Of a DNA stretch of 49,578 nucleotides, positions 8,689-18,023 are shown in pieces. A program made the translations under genes and the position numbers. The DNA is from Candidatus Shapirobacteria bacterium. GTDB lineage: Bacteria > Patescibacteriota > Microgenomatia > UBA12405. The notes under the pieces were generated by a model that worked only from the letters and a program-made list of their open reading frames with translations, made no database searches and was not told where the DNA came from. The stretch lies in contig JBAYIT010000003.1 in the NCBI GenBank assembly GCA_041665485.1, forward strand, positions 133,146-182,723, read 5' to 3'. Positions within the stretch are counted from its first letter, which is position 1. Each line of letters begins with the position of its first letter.

Positions 8689-9042
8689 TTAATATACGTT
8701 TCGGTAATATCTAATTTCATCACCCAAAATACAAACGGCATCAATTCGATATTTTTCAAATCGTTTTTTCACTTCTCGCTTTTCCATTAAAAACCAGGTC
8801 GCCACTCTCTTGACCTGTGCTAATTTCGATTTGCCAAACATTTCCTCTGGCGTACCAAACAAATCATCACTTTTAAATTTCACTTCCACAAACACCAGCC
8901 ACCCCTCATCCTCCATCACCAAATCAATCTGCCCAATTTTACAGACATAATTACTCATTATTAATCCAAACCCCTTCTTCTCTAAATACTCCCTCGCCAT
9001 CTCCTCCCCCTTCTGTCCTTTTCTATAATTCCACTGCTTCAT
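8689..9042 (-). CDS. yraN: YraN family (UPF0102) endonuclease-like protein
   Basis: GEEMAREYLEKKGFGLIMSNYVCKIGQIDLVMEDEGWLVFVEVKFK is the YraN/UPF0102 signature. Start moved to ATG 9042 (MKQWNY...). Confidence 0.8.
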   Translation of the reverse strand: MKQWNYRKGQKGEEMAREYLEKKGFGLIMSNYVCKIGQIDLVMEDEGWLVFVEVKFKSDDLFGTPEEMFGKSKLAQVKRVATWFLMEKREVKKRFEKYRIDAVCILGDEIRYYRNVY

Positions 9043-9050
9043 GTAAAAAA

Positions 9051-9097
9051 CAATTTCCAAATTAACCTGCCTCGCCGGCAGGCGGGCAATTTCCAAA
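9051..9097. repeat. 11-bp direct repeat CAATTTCCAAA (9051..9061, 9087..9097) flanking a 25-nt GC-rich hairpin
   Basis: Read directly. The hairpin is CCTGCC-tcgcc-GGCAGG, in the spacer between the four-helix-bundle gene and yraN. Confidence 0.6.
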
Positions 9098-9117
9098 CAA
9101 GTTCTAACCAACAAATT

Positions 9118-9477
9118 TCAATTTCCATTTTCCTCAACCTTTTTTATAATGGCCGACAATATATTTCTTATTTCAGTACATTCTTGAATTAAATACGAAA
9201 TTTCAGTATTAAAAGCAGAATTACCATCTTTTAATATCTCCAACCAAAAAATAGTCTCCTTTGATTCTTTCCTAGATATTCTCAATCTATGTAAAAAATC
9301 TTTTTTCCCCAAACAGTCATTGGCTTCCAAGTAGTTTGCTCCAACCGACGCCGATGACCGAACTAGTTGATCAATTAGTTTGTAATTAACTACTTCAGAT
9401 GGTAGTTTCCTGCACATTCTCACCACTCTCTTAGCAAATTCTAAAGTTCTATCTTTTAGATTACTTTTGTATTCCAC
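9118..9477 (-). CDS. four-helix-bundle protein (23S rRNA intervening-sequence protein / Avd-like family)
   Basis: LKDRTLEFAKRVVRMCRKLP...LIDQLVRSSASVGANYLEANDCLGKKDFLHRLRISRKESKETIFWLEIL is the family signature. Confidence 0.85.
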   Translation of the reverse strand: MEYKSNLKDRTLEFAKRVVRMCRKLPSEVVNYKLIDQLVRSSASVGANYLEANDCLGKKDFLHRLRISRKESKETIFWLEILKDGNSAFNTEISYLIQECTEIRNILSAIIKKVEENGN

Positions 9478-9483
9478 TTTCGT

Positions 9484-9546
9484 TTGTAATTTTGAATTTG
9501 TAATTTGTTATTTGTTTGGAACTTGTAAATTTGTTTTTTGGAACTT
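9484..9546. repeat. AT-rich degenerate tandem repeats (TTTGTAATTTG / TTGGAACTT units)
   Basis: tttgtaattttgaatttgtaatttgttatttgtttggaacttgtaaatttgttttttggaactt. TTGGAACTT occurs at 9516..9524 and 9538..9546. Confidence 0.6.
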
Positions 9547-9548
9547 AG

Positions 9549-11081
9549 TTATTCCCTGACTCTATATTGCAATGCTTCCGCCACATGGACATCTTTAATC
9601 TCCTCCGACCCTCCCAAATCAGCAATCGTTCTGGCCACCTTTATTAATCTAAAATAAGTTCTGGCCGACAAATTAAATTTATTTATTGCTTGTTTTAGGA
9701 GCAAATTAGCCGGATCAGTCAGTTTGGCCAAAAGTTTTAGATGTTTGTTTTTCATATCGGCATTGGCATAAACCCCCGCTATTCCCTCGAATCTCTTTTT
9801 CTGAATAACCCTGGCTACCACCACCCTTTGCCTAACTACTACCGATTTTTCTCCGGATAACTTTGCTGTATCGTTAAGCATCAATTTGTTCACATCCACC
9901 GACGGTACATTTAGATGAAGGTCGATCCGATCCATGATTGGGCCAGACATTTTCTTTTGATAATTTTTTATTTGATTAAAAGTGCACCGACATTCTTTTT
10001 TCTCGTCTCCTAAGTATCCACACGGGCAGGGGTTGGCCGCCGCAATCAACATAAATTGAGCCGGAAAGGTAATTGACCCCGCTGCTCTCGAGATAGACAC
10101 ATAGCCGTCTTCAAGTGGTTGTCTCAATGCTTCGATGCAACTCCGGCTAAACTCGGGAAACTCATCCAGAAACAATACTCCCCGATGGGCCATCGACACT
10201 TCGCCGGGGCGGGGGTTACTGCCACCACCGATTAACCCCACCTGCGAAGTCGTGTGGTGCGGGCTCCGAAACGGACGGCGTCGGACCAGCGACCCTCCTG
10301 GGGGGATATTGCCGGTAATTGAGTAAATTTTTGTTACTTCAAGACTTTCTTTTTCCGTTAATAGTGGCAACACCCCTGCCGCCGCCCGGGAAAGCATTGT
10401 TTTCCCACTTCCCGGGGAGCCCATCATTAGTAAATTGTGGCCTCCGGCCATAGCAATCTCTACCGCTCTTTTTGCCTGTTCCTGTCCCAATATTTCACCA
10501 AAGTCAAATTCCGGTTCCATTGTCTCCAGGATACTTTCTGCTTCAACAGGAATAAGTGGCTCGATTAGTTTCTGTCTATTCAAGTGGCTTATTAGTTGTT
10601 GTAAGTTGTCCACCGGAAAAGTCGCCACCCCTTCAACCACACTAGCTTCATTGGCGCATAGCCTTGGCACATAGATGTCTTTAATCCCCATTTCTTTGGC
10701 CGCAATTGCCAGTAAAAATACTCCTCTGCTATGCCGTAAACTGCCGTCAAGCGACAACTCACCAAAAAAATAACTTTTTGTTTTTGGTAATTCCACTTGT
10801 TCAGATGCTGCCAATATTCCCACCGCTATGGCTAAATCAAAACTTGATCCATCTTTAGGTAAATCCGCTGGCGCCAAATTAACCACCACCTTGCCTTCGG
10901 GAAATTCTAAATCGGAATTAATAATCGCCGTTTTTACCCTTTCTTTAGCTTCGTCGGCCGCCTTGCTGGCTAGCCCAACCACGTTAAACCCCGGAAACCC
11001 TTTTTCGGCGACGTTGACTTCAATTTCTATTTCCACCGGGCTTAACCCGAAACTGGCAACACTCTTCACTTTCGTCAACAT
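9549..11081 (-). CDS. comM: Mg-chelatase-like AAA+ protein ComM/YifB
   Basis: N-terminal Lon-protease-like domain, Walker A MMGSPGSGKTML, Walker B VLFLDEFPEF, C-terminal Mg_chelatase_C motif (ARTYFRLIKVARTIADL). Confidence 0.9.
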   Translation of the reverse strand: MLTKVKSVASFGLSPVEIEIEVNVAEKGFPGFNVVGLASKAADEAKERVKTAIINSDLEFPEGKVVVNLAPADLPKDGSSFDLAIAVGILAASEQVELPKTKSYFFGELSLDGSLRHSRGVFLLAIAAKEMGIKDIYVPRLCANEASVVEGVATFPVDNLQQLISHLNRQKLIEPLIPVEAESILETMEPEFDFGEILGQEQAKRAVEIAMAGGHNLLMMGSPGSGKTMLSRAAAGVLPLLTEKESLEVTKIYSITGNIPPGGSLVRRRPFRSPHHTTSQVGLIGGGSNPRPGEVSMAHRGVLFLDEFPEFSRSCIEALRQPLEDGYVSISRAAGSITFPAQFMLIAAANPCPCGYLGDEKKECRCTFNQIKNYQKKMSGPIMDRIDLHLNVPSVDVNKLMLNDTAKLSGEKSVVVRQRVVVARVIQKKRFEGIAGVYANADMKNKHLKLLAKLTDPANLLLKQAINKFNLSARTYFRLIKVARTIADLGGSEEIKDVHVAEALQYRVRE

Positions 11082-11124
11082 TTTCTTAATTAATCATAAA
11101 TCATAATTTTTCTTTTTGGACTTT

Positions 11125-11153
11125 TTGGACTTTCGAACTTTTTAGACTAAAAT
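11125..11153 (+). promoter_or_regulatory. candidate uvrB promoter, giving a leaderless or near-leaderless mRNA
   Basis: TTGGAC (11125..11130), 17-nt spacer, TAAAAT (11148..11153). ATG at 11159 lies only 5 nt after the -10 and no SD is present. Confidence 0.35.
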
Positions 11154-11158
11154 ACCTC

Positions 11159-13162
11159 ATGTCCTTTTCCTTGGTTTCCGATTACCAACCTGCCGGCGAT
11201 CAGCCGGAAGCCATCAAAAAGCTGGTTGCCAATATTAATGCCGGTATTAATCATCAAACTCTTCTTGGCGTCACCGGCTCCGGCAAGACCTTTACTATTG
11301 CCAATGTTATCCAACAGACTCAACTACCAACTCTGGTTATCTCCCACAATAAAACCCTAGCCGGCCAACTTTATCAAGAATTTAAAGAATTATTTCCCAA
11401 AAACAAAGTCTCCTACTTTGTTTCTTATTACGACTACTATCAGCCCGAAGCCTACATTCCCGCCTCTGACACCTATATTGCCAAAGAGGTTGAGATTAAC
11501 GACCTTATCGACAAACTACGTCTTGAAGCCACTAGTAATCTTTTCTCTGGTTCTGACAACATCATCATTGCTTCGGTTAGTTGTATTTATAACATCGGCG
11601 ACCCCCGCCAATTTGGTTCTAAAGTCTTAGATTTAAAAATTGCTGACACTTGGAACCGTCGTTCACTTTTTGAATCATTAATTTCTTTGTTTTATACCCG
11701 AAATGAGCTCGAATTCAAACGCTCCACTTTTCGGGTTCGGGGTGAATCAATTGAAATCTGGCCATCTTACGCCGATTGGATTATTGAGCTCGTTTTTGAC
11801 GACCAAAATAGAATCAAATCGATTTTAGAACGCAATCCCTTTTCCGGCCACCAATTTGAGCTCAAAGAGTTTCGTCTTTACCCCGCCAAGCAATTTGTCG
11901 GGGCCAGTGGCGAACTCAAGCCGATTATTGCCAAGATTCAGGCCGATGCTCAAGCCCAAGTTGATTCTTTTGAAAAAAGCGGTCGAATTCTTGAAGCCCA
12001 TCGCATTAAAGAACGGGTTAATTACGACATGGAAATGTTGCAGGAGATTGGCTATGTCAATGGCATTGAAAACTACTCGATTTATTTTGAAGACAGTCGA
12101 AAAACAGGCGATCCGCCTTATACCCTTATTGATTATTTCCGCCATCTTTGGGGTGACAAATTTTTAACCGTCATCGACGAATCGCATGTTTCTGTTCCTC
12201 AAATCGGTGGCATGTATTTTGGTGACTTGGCCCGTAAACAAAATCTCATCAATTTTGGCTTTCGCCTCGAGAGTGCTCTAGACAACCGGCCGTTAAAAAA
12301 GACTGAGTTTGATCAGAGAATGAGTAAAGTAATTTATGTTTCCGCCACCCCCGCCGATTTTGAAGTCAACGATTCTAACGGCCATGTTGTTGAGCAAATT
12401 ATCCGTCCCACCGGCCTTATCGACCCGCCCATTACGGTTCGGCCTTCAAAAAACCAAATCCCCGATTTAATTAACGAGGTCTCTGTCCGGGCCAAGAAGG
12501 GTGAGAGGTCCTTAGTTATCACCCTTACTAAAAAAATGTCAGAAGAGTTAAGTGCCTATCTTTCCGATCCGGCTAAAACCGGCCACCCCCTCAAAGTCGC
12601 CTATCTCCACTCTGATATTGAAACACTTGAGCGCACCGAAATTTTGGATAAATTAAGGGGAGGGGATTATGATGTCTTGGTTGGTATCAATCTTCTTCGA
12701 GAGGGCCTAGATTTGCCCGAAGTTACCCTGGTGGCCATTTTGGACGCCGCTTCTCAAGGATTCCTTCGCTCTCGTGCTTCTTTAATCCAGATCATGGGCC
12801 GGGCCTCCCGCAATATTGACGGCCAGGTCATCCTTTATGCTGACACTGTTTCTCCGGCGATGAAGCAAGCCACCGACGAAGTTAATCGTCGCCGTCTTAT
12901 TCAACTTAAATACAACCAAGACAATGGTATTACCCCCGAAACCATTAAAAAAGCCATCCGTCCCAAAATCATTGAAGCCCCGGCCAAAGATCCTGCCTCA
13001 CTTTTACCAATTATTGCTGTTGATCCGCTTTCTCTGACTCCGCCTCAGCGCAAAAAACACATTGCTGATCTTCGCAAACTTATGCGCTCCGCCGCCACCG
13101 ACCTCGATTTCGAGCAAGCCATCCTGTTACGCGACAAAATCAAGGAAATTGAAAAAGTCTAA
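11159..13162 (+). CDS. uvrB: excinuclease ABC subunit B
   Basis: YQPAGDQPEAI, GVTGSGKTF, helicase motifs and the C-terminal UVR domain (DLDFEQAILLRDKIKEIE). Confidence 0.97.
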   Translation: MSFSLVSDYQPAGDQPEAIKKLVANINAGINHQTLLGVTGSGKTFTIANVIQQTQLPTLVISHNKTLAGQLYQEFKELFPKNKVSYFVSYYDYYQPEAYIPASDTYIAKEVEINDLIDKLRLEATSNLFSGSDNIIIASVSCIYNIGDPRQFGSKVLDLKIADTWNRRSLFESLISLFYTRNELEFKRSTFRVRGESIEIWPSYADWIIELVFDDQNRIKSILERNPFSGHQFELKEFRLYPAKQFVGASGELKPIIAKIQADAQAQVDSFEKSGRILEAHRIKERVNYDMEMLQEIGYVNGIENYSIYFEDSRKTGDPPYTLIDYFRHLWGDKFLTVIDESHVSVPQIGGMYFGDLARKQNLINFGFRLESALDNRPLKKTEFDQRMSKVIYVSATPADFEVNDSNGHVVEQIIRPTGLIDPPITVRPSKNQIPDLINEVSVRAKKGERSLVITLTKKMSEELSAYLSDPAKTGHPLKVAYLHSDIETLERTEILDKLRGGDYDVLVGINLLREGLDLPEVTLVAILDAASQGFLRSRASLIQIMGRASRNIDGQVILYADTVSPAMKQATDEVNRRRLIQLKYNQDNGITPETIKKAIRPKIIEAPAKDPASLLPIIAVDPLSLTPPQRKKHIADLRKLMRSAATDLDFEQAILLRDKIKEIEKV

Positions 13163-13257
13163 ACCACCCAAACAAAACACGAACCAAATGGTTTATAATA
13201 AAGCTTAAGTTTTTTACTTGATAAACTTTATAACTTTTAACTTTTTGGACTTCTTTC

Positions 13258-15939
13258 ATGCTCAATCAAATCACCGTCAAAGGGGCCAGGGAAAACAACC
13301 TAAAAAATGTTTCCCTAACCATCCCTAAAAATAAATTCGTCGTATTTACAGGCGTTTCCGGCTCCGGTAAATCTAGCATGGCTTTCGATACCCTTTTTGC
13401 TGAAGGTCAGCGCCGTTATATTGAAAGCCTCTCTTCTTATGCCCGCCAATTTTTAGGCAATCTCAAACGGCCGGAAGTTGATCTGATTGAAGGTCTTTCT
13501 CCCTCCATTGCTATCAATCAAAAGGCCATTTCCCATAATCCTCGTTCCACTGTCGGCACCGTTACTGAAATTTATGACTATCTTCGTCTCCTTTTTGCCC
13601 GTATCGGCCATCCCCATTGTCATCAGTGTGGTCGGGAGGTTATCCCTCAAACCAGCAAGCAAATTGTTAATCAGATTTTAGCCACCGCCCAAAACGAAAT
13701 TACTGCCACTCAATTTAGTTATCGTTTTCTTATTCTAGCGCCAGTTGTTACCAATAAAGCTGGCGACTTTCGTGGCCTAAGTGAAAACCTCCGTAAACAG
13801 GGTTACAAACAAATTCGGGTTGACGGCAAAATCATTAGTCTTTACGCCGATATCGGTATTATCAAAACCAATAAACATAATATTGATGCTCAAGTTGATC
13901 GTCTCTCGCTTTCTCGCGAAAATCTCAAGCATCCCGAGTCAGTCCGGGATCGTCTCACCGACTCGGTTGAATCTGCCCTCAAGTTGAGTAATGGTTTGGT
14001 AGTTATTTCCAAGGTCAGTGATTCTGGTTTTGATTTTCCTGAAGTGCCCCAAAATCTTTCCGACACTCTCTATTCGGAAAACTACGCCTGTCCCACTTGT
14101 CTCATTTCCATGCCTCCTCTTGAACCCCGTCTTTTTTCTTTCAATTCGCCCCAAGGAGCCTGTTCTGAATGTCACGGACTTGGCTTTAAATATCAATTTG
14201 ATAAATCCGCCGTTCCTTCCTGGAAAGTAAAGTATTTCGAACGTAAAATCGCCGAAGGTGTCTCCGACACCTTTAAAGAAGAACTAGATAAATTTTTAAT
14301 TAAAGAGGATTGTCCCCGGTGTCAGGGTTCCCGTCTTTGCCCCGAAGCTTTATCGGTTAATATCAACGGTCAAAACATCTACCAAATCAGTCAACTGCCA
14401 ATTGAATCCCTCTATACTTGGGCCAAAAATCTGTCTTCACTTTTGCAAAGCGATCAGGAAATCGAAATTCTCAAACCGATTAATAATGAAATTTCATCTC
14501 GGCTTGAATTTCTCCTCGCCGTTGGTCTTGATTATCTCTCTCTTTCTCGCGAAGCCGGCACTCTTTCCTCTGGTGAATCCCAGCGGATTCGTTTGGCCTC
14601 CCAAATCGGCACTGGTCTAACTGGCGTTCTTTATATTCTTGATGAGCCCACTATTGGTCTTCATTCCCGCGACAACACTCGTCTTATTGGTACTCTCATG
14701 AAACTCAAAGATTTGGGTAACACTGTCGTTGTGGTTGAACATGACGAAGATGTTATTCGTAACGGGGATTATATTGTTGATTTTGGCCTGTATGCCGGGA
14801 AAAAGGGTGGCGAAGTCGTTGCCCAGGGCTCTCTTGATGATATTTTGAAAAGCAAAACCAGTCTCACTGGTCAATATCTATCTGGTAAAAAACAAATAGG
14901 CACCATCAACAAGGATCTAAGATCTAAGAACCAGGATCTCATAACTCTTGTCGGTTGTCGCCAATGGAATCTCAAAAATATTACTGTCTCTCTGCCCGTC
15001 AATCGCCTGGTTTGTGTCACCGGTGTTTCCGGCTCCGGCAAATCAACCCTGGTTCACGACACCCTTTTTGGTGGTCTCAGAAAAAAGCTTTTAGGTAGTT
15101 ATTATGGCACTATCGGCGACTATAAAGACATTATTGGTGCTGAATTTATTTCTGATGTTCTTTTGGTCGATCAGTCTCCCATCGGCCGCACTCCTCGAAG
15201 CAATCCGGCCACCTACACTAAAATTTTTGATGACATCCGTTCTCTTTTGGCCGACACGCCCGAAGCCAAGCTCCGCGGTTTTAAATCCGGTCGTTTTTCT
15301 TTTAATGTTAAGAGTGGTCGATGTGAAGCTTGTGAAGGACAGGGCCAAATCAAAATTGAAATGCAATTTCTTCCCGATATTTACGTTACCTGTGACGAGT
15401 GTCATGGTAGTCGTTTTAAAGACGAAACTCTCGAAGTTCAATACAAGGGCAAAAACATTGCCGAGATTTTGGCTCTAACCTTTGATGAAGCTGCCGGATT
15501 TTTCGCCAACATTCCCAAGCTTTCCCGCAAGATCAACACTATTCAGGAGGTCGGTCTTGGTTACCTAAGTCTTGGCCAGTCCAGCAACACCCTTTCCGGT
15601 GGCGAGTCCCAACGGCTCAAAATCAGTCGTGAGCTAGTTAAACGTTTTAATGGCCGTATTCTCTATATCATGGACGAGCCCACCACCGGTCTTCACTTTT
15701 ACGACATTGATCGCCTCATTAAAGTTCTCCGTCGTCTGGTTGATATGGGCAATACTGTTGTAGTTATCGAGCACAATCTCGATGTCATCAAAAACGCCGA
15801 CTGGATTGTTGATCTTGGCCCCGAAGGAGGCGATAAAGGTGGCTATTTAGTTGCCCAAGGTACCGTCGAAGACATCGTTAAAGCCAAAAACTCCTACACC
15901 GGCCAATACCTTAAAAAGCACTTGGGTGGAGTAAAATAG
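13258..15939 (+). CDS. uvrA: excinuclease ABC subunit A
   Basis: ARENNLKNVSL, two ABC cassettes (GVSGSGKSS / GVSGSGKST, LSGGESQR twice) and zinc-finger Cys clusters. Confidence 0.97.
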   Translation: MLNQITVKGARENNLKNVSLTIPKNKFVVFTGVSGSGKSSMAFDTLFAEGQRRYIESLSSYARQFLGNLKRPEVDLIEGLSPSIAINQKAISHNPRSTVGTVTEIYDYLRLLFARIGHPHCHQCGREVIPQTSKQIVNQILATAQNEITATQFSYRFLILAPVVTNKAGDFRGLSENLRKQGYKQIRVDGKIISLYADIGIIKTNKHNIDAQVDRLSLSRENLKHPESVRDRLTDSVESALKLSNGLVVISKVSDSGFDFPEVPQNLSDTLYSENYACPTCLISMPPLEPRLFSFNSPQGACSECHGLGFKYQFDKSAVPSWKVKYFERKIAEGVSDTFKEELDKFLIKEDCPRCQGSRLCPEALSVNINGQNIYQISQLPIESLYTWAKNLSSLLQSDQEIEILKPINNEISSRLEFLLAVGLDYLSLSREAGTLSSGESQRIRLASQIGTGLTGVLYILDEPTIGLHSRDNTRLIGTLMKLKDLGNTVVVVEHDEDVIRNGDYIVDFGLYAGKKGGEVVAQGSLDDILKSKTSLTGQYLSGKKQIGTINKDLRSKNQDLITLVGCRQWNLKNITVSLPVNRLVCVTGVSGSGKSTLVHDTLFGGLRKKLLGSYYGTIGDYKDIIGAEFISDVLLVDQSPIGRTPRSNPATYTKIFDDIRSLLADTPEAKLRGFKSGRFSFNVKSGRCEACEGQGQIKIEMQFLPDIYVTCDECHGSRFKDETLEVQYKGKNIAEILALTFDEAAGFFANIPKLSRKINTIQEVGLGYLSLGQSSNTLSGGESQRLKISRELVKRFNGRILYIMDEPTTGLHFYDIDRLIKVLRRLVDMGNTVVVIEHNLDVIKNADWIVDLGPEGGDKGGYLVAQGTVEDIVKAKNSYTGQYLKKHLGGVK

Positions 15940-15945
15940 TTAAGC

Positions 15946-17982
15946 ATGCTCGCCAGATTATCTTCAATCATCGTAGTTATCTTCTCAGTGGGTCTGATTG
16001 TTATAAGTTACTTAAATTTCGATTATTCCCAAACTTTTGGCTACATGGATCCTCAAAGTTTTTGGCAAAATACCAACGAATTAGTCAAAGGCAAAATTTT
16101 ATATCGTGATTTTTTTTCCGAATATGGCATATTTGGTCTGATTATTCGTGCCCCAATTCATCTAATTTTTAATGGAACATTTCAATCAAGCATCATCAAT
16201 AATTATCTGTTTTTACCGCTGTTTTCTCTGTTTATAAGTCTAATAATTGGCTTAATATTTTTTTCGGGATTTAGGCTTGCTCTATTTCTGCTGTTTCTGG
16301 CAATTTTTCAAACCAATATTACCTACGATTCCTTCCGTCATCTTCTCCCCGAGCTTGGGCTGGTTTTATCTTTATTGGGTCTATATCAAAATAGCTCCAA
16401 AAAAATAATATTGGGAAATTCGTTTTTAGCCATATCGCTCATCTCTAGCCCGGAATATGCTCTGATTTCCAATCTAGTTGTTTTTATTTATTTTTTAGTC
16501 AAATCAGTCAAGAAAATTACCTTTTTTCTGCCTCAATTTATTATCGGCTCACTCTGGCTCGTTTACCTTGTATTAACCAAAACTCTTGCTAACTATTTTT
16601 CTTTTTTTATCCAATATGTTCGTTCTTTCTATAATAATAGTCCGTCTCGCGACACCTTTCCTAGATTGGCCGAATATATAGGCAACAACCGCCTAGATAT
16701 CGATAGGCTTAATTATTACTTACTTCCTCTCGCTCTCTTACTTCTAGTCGTCATCATTTTCAAGCATCGTCAAATTAAATATAAAGAGTTGTTCGTTCTA
16801 GTCATAATATACTCATTACTTGCTTGTTTTAGAACAGTCAATACTCCCCAGTATTTATATTATGGAGTTACCCTGCCAATTCTTATTTTCATTCATTTTC
16901 TTTTTGATCCTCAAACAAAAGTTTTTCACCGCTTTATCTTGTCTTTTATTCTAATTTGGTTTTTTCTTACTCAATCAAATAAGGTCTATAGTCAATATTA
17001 CCTAAACGGTTTTCAAAAAATAATTTCCCAACCTAATACTCAAACAAAATTATTACCATTAATTGGCGCACCATTAGCAACAGACATTGCCACCGGCTAC
17101 ACTGAAGTGGTTGATTATATTAAGTCGAATACCGCCACAAACGACAAAATACTTGTTTATCCAAACGGACCTTATTGTCAGCTATCTGACAGGCAAAACG
17201 CTTTTCCCTATCATTCAAACTGGTTGTTTAGTCTAACTCCCGGGCTTCAATCATATGCCATGGAATATCTTCAATCTAATTCACCTAAATTGGTGGTTAT
17301 TAATACCTATAACGCCACCGATATTTTAACTCATCTTAACAACCGCCCATATGCCATTTATTCTCAATCTGGCCAAATTATCTTTAATAATCTACTAACG
17401 CCCCTCAAAATTTACATTCAGGACAATTACAAAATTGCCCAAAAATTTAAACTTGCTTGGGTTTTGGTCAAAAGAGACAAACCTATCGTTTCTCAAAATT
17501 ACTTTAAATCGCTGGGGATTATTGAAAATTTTATTTATATTGATGCTTATGGTCTTAAGAGATTCAATGCTAATAAATTTATGGTTACTAAAAATCGGCC
17601 AATCATTGGTCTTGATATCGACCGGAAGAAATATGGTGACGAGTCTCTCCTTATTAAAATTCCCATCAAAGTTGATCTCGGGCCAATTGCTTCCTTGTCT
17701 AAGTTTAAGTTAAAGGTCTATGGCCTGTGGCAAGGTGAAATTAATAATATCCAAACTCAGTTTGTTTCTTTAAGTCAACAAAACCTCTGGATAGCTGATA
17801 TTAAAGGCTACGAAAATTACTTGACTATTCAAGTAACCGACAACCTTGGATTTATTCCTTTTGGTCGACCGTTAAGTATTGAGCTTGGCAACCCCGAAAT
17901 ATTTATCAAAAATCCCAAACTAAAACTTGACTCGCAAGACATGAATCAGTATCCCTCGTTTACTAAAACAATCGATTTCTGA
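15946..17982 (+). CDS. large polytopic membrane protein with C-terminal soluble domain (GT-C-like, function unknown)
   Basis: About 12 hydrophobic helices in the first ~360 aa, followed by a hydrophilic C-terminal half. No motif recognised. Confidence 0.45.
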   Translation: MLARLSSIIVVIFSVGLIVISYLNFDYSQTFGYMDPQSFWQNTNELVKGKILYRDFFSEYGIFGLIIRAPIHLIFNGTFQSSIINNYLFLPLFSLFISLIIGLIFFSGFRLALFLLFLAIFQTNITYDSFRHLLPELGLVLSLLGLYQNSSKKIILGNSFLAISLISSPEYALISNLVVFIYFLVKSVKKITFFLPQFIIGSLWLVYLVLTKTLANYFSFFIQYVRSFYNNSPSRDTFPRLAEYIGNNRLDIDRLNYYLLPLALLLLVVIIFKHRQIKYKELFVLVIIYSLLACFRTVNTPQYLYYGVTLPILIFIHFLFDPQTKVFHRFILSFILIWFFLTQSNKVYSQYYLNGFQKIISQPNTQTKLLPLIGAPLATDIATGYTEVVDYIKSNTATNDKILVYPNGPYCQLSDRQNAFPYHSNWLFSLTPGLQSYAMEYLQSNSPKLVVINTYNATDILTHLNNRPYAIYSQSGQIIFNNLLTPLKIYIQDNYKIAQKFKLAWVLVKRDKPIVSQNYFKSLGIIENFIYIDAYGLKRFNANKFMVTKNRPIIGLDIDRKKYGDESLLIKIPIKVDLGPIASLSKFKLKVYGLWQGEINNIQTQFVSLSQQNLWIADIKGYENYLTIQVTDNLGFIPFGRPLSIELGNPEIFIKNPKLKLDSQDMNQYPSFTKTIDF

Positions 17983-18023
17983 CCGGCCAATATCTCAAAA
18001 AGCACTTGGGGTTATAATTAATC

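Noticed and set aside
8658-8759. The N-terminal 34 residues of the track's DprA ORF, and the N-terminal 24 residues of the YraN ORF (9043..9114).
   Set aside because: These extensions overlap the upstream gene or the repeat-containing spacer, and lack similarity to the respective families. Internal ATGs at 8657 and 9042 give canonical N-termini.
9118-9477. A diversity-generating retroelement, suggested by the Avd-like four-helix-bundle gene.
   Set aside because: No reverse transcriptase ORF and no template/variable repeat pair is visible anywhere in the window.
9484-9546. CRISPR array candidates among the AT-rich tandem repeats (also 11105..11150 and 18516..18570).
   Set aside because: The units are 8-12 nt, degenerate and contiguous, with no 25-40 nt repeat/spacer periodicity. 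No cas genes are present.
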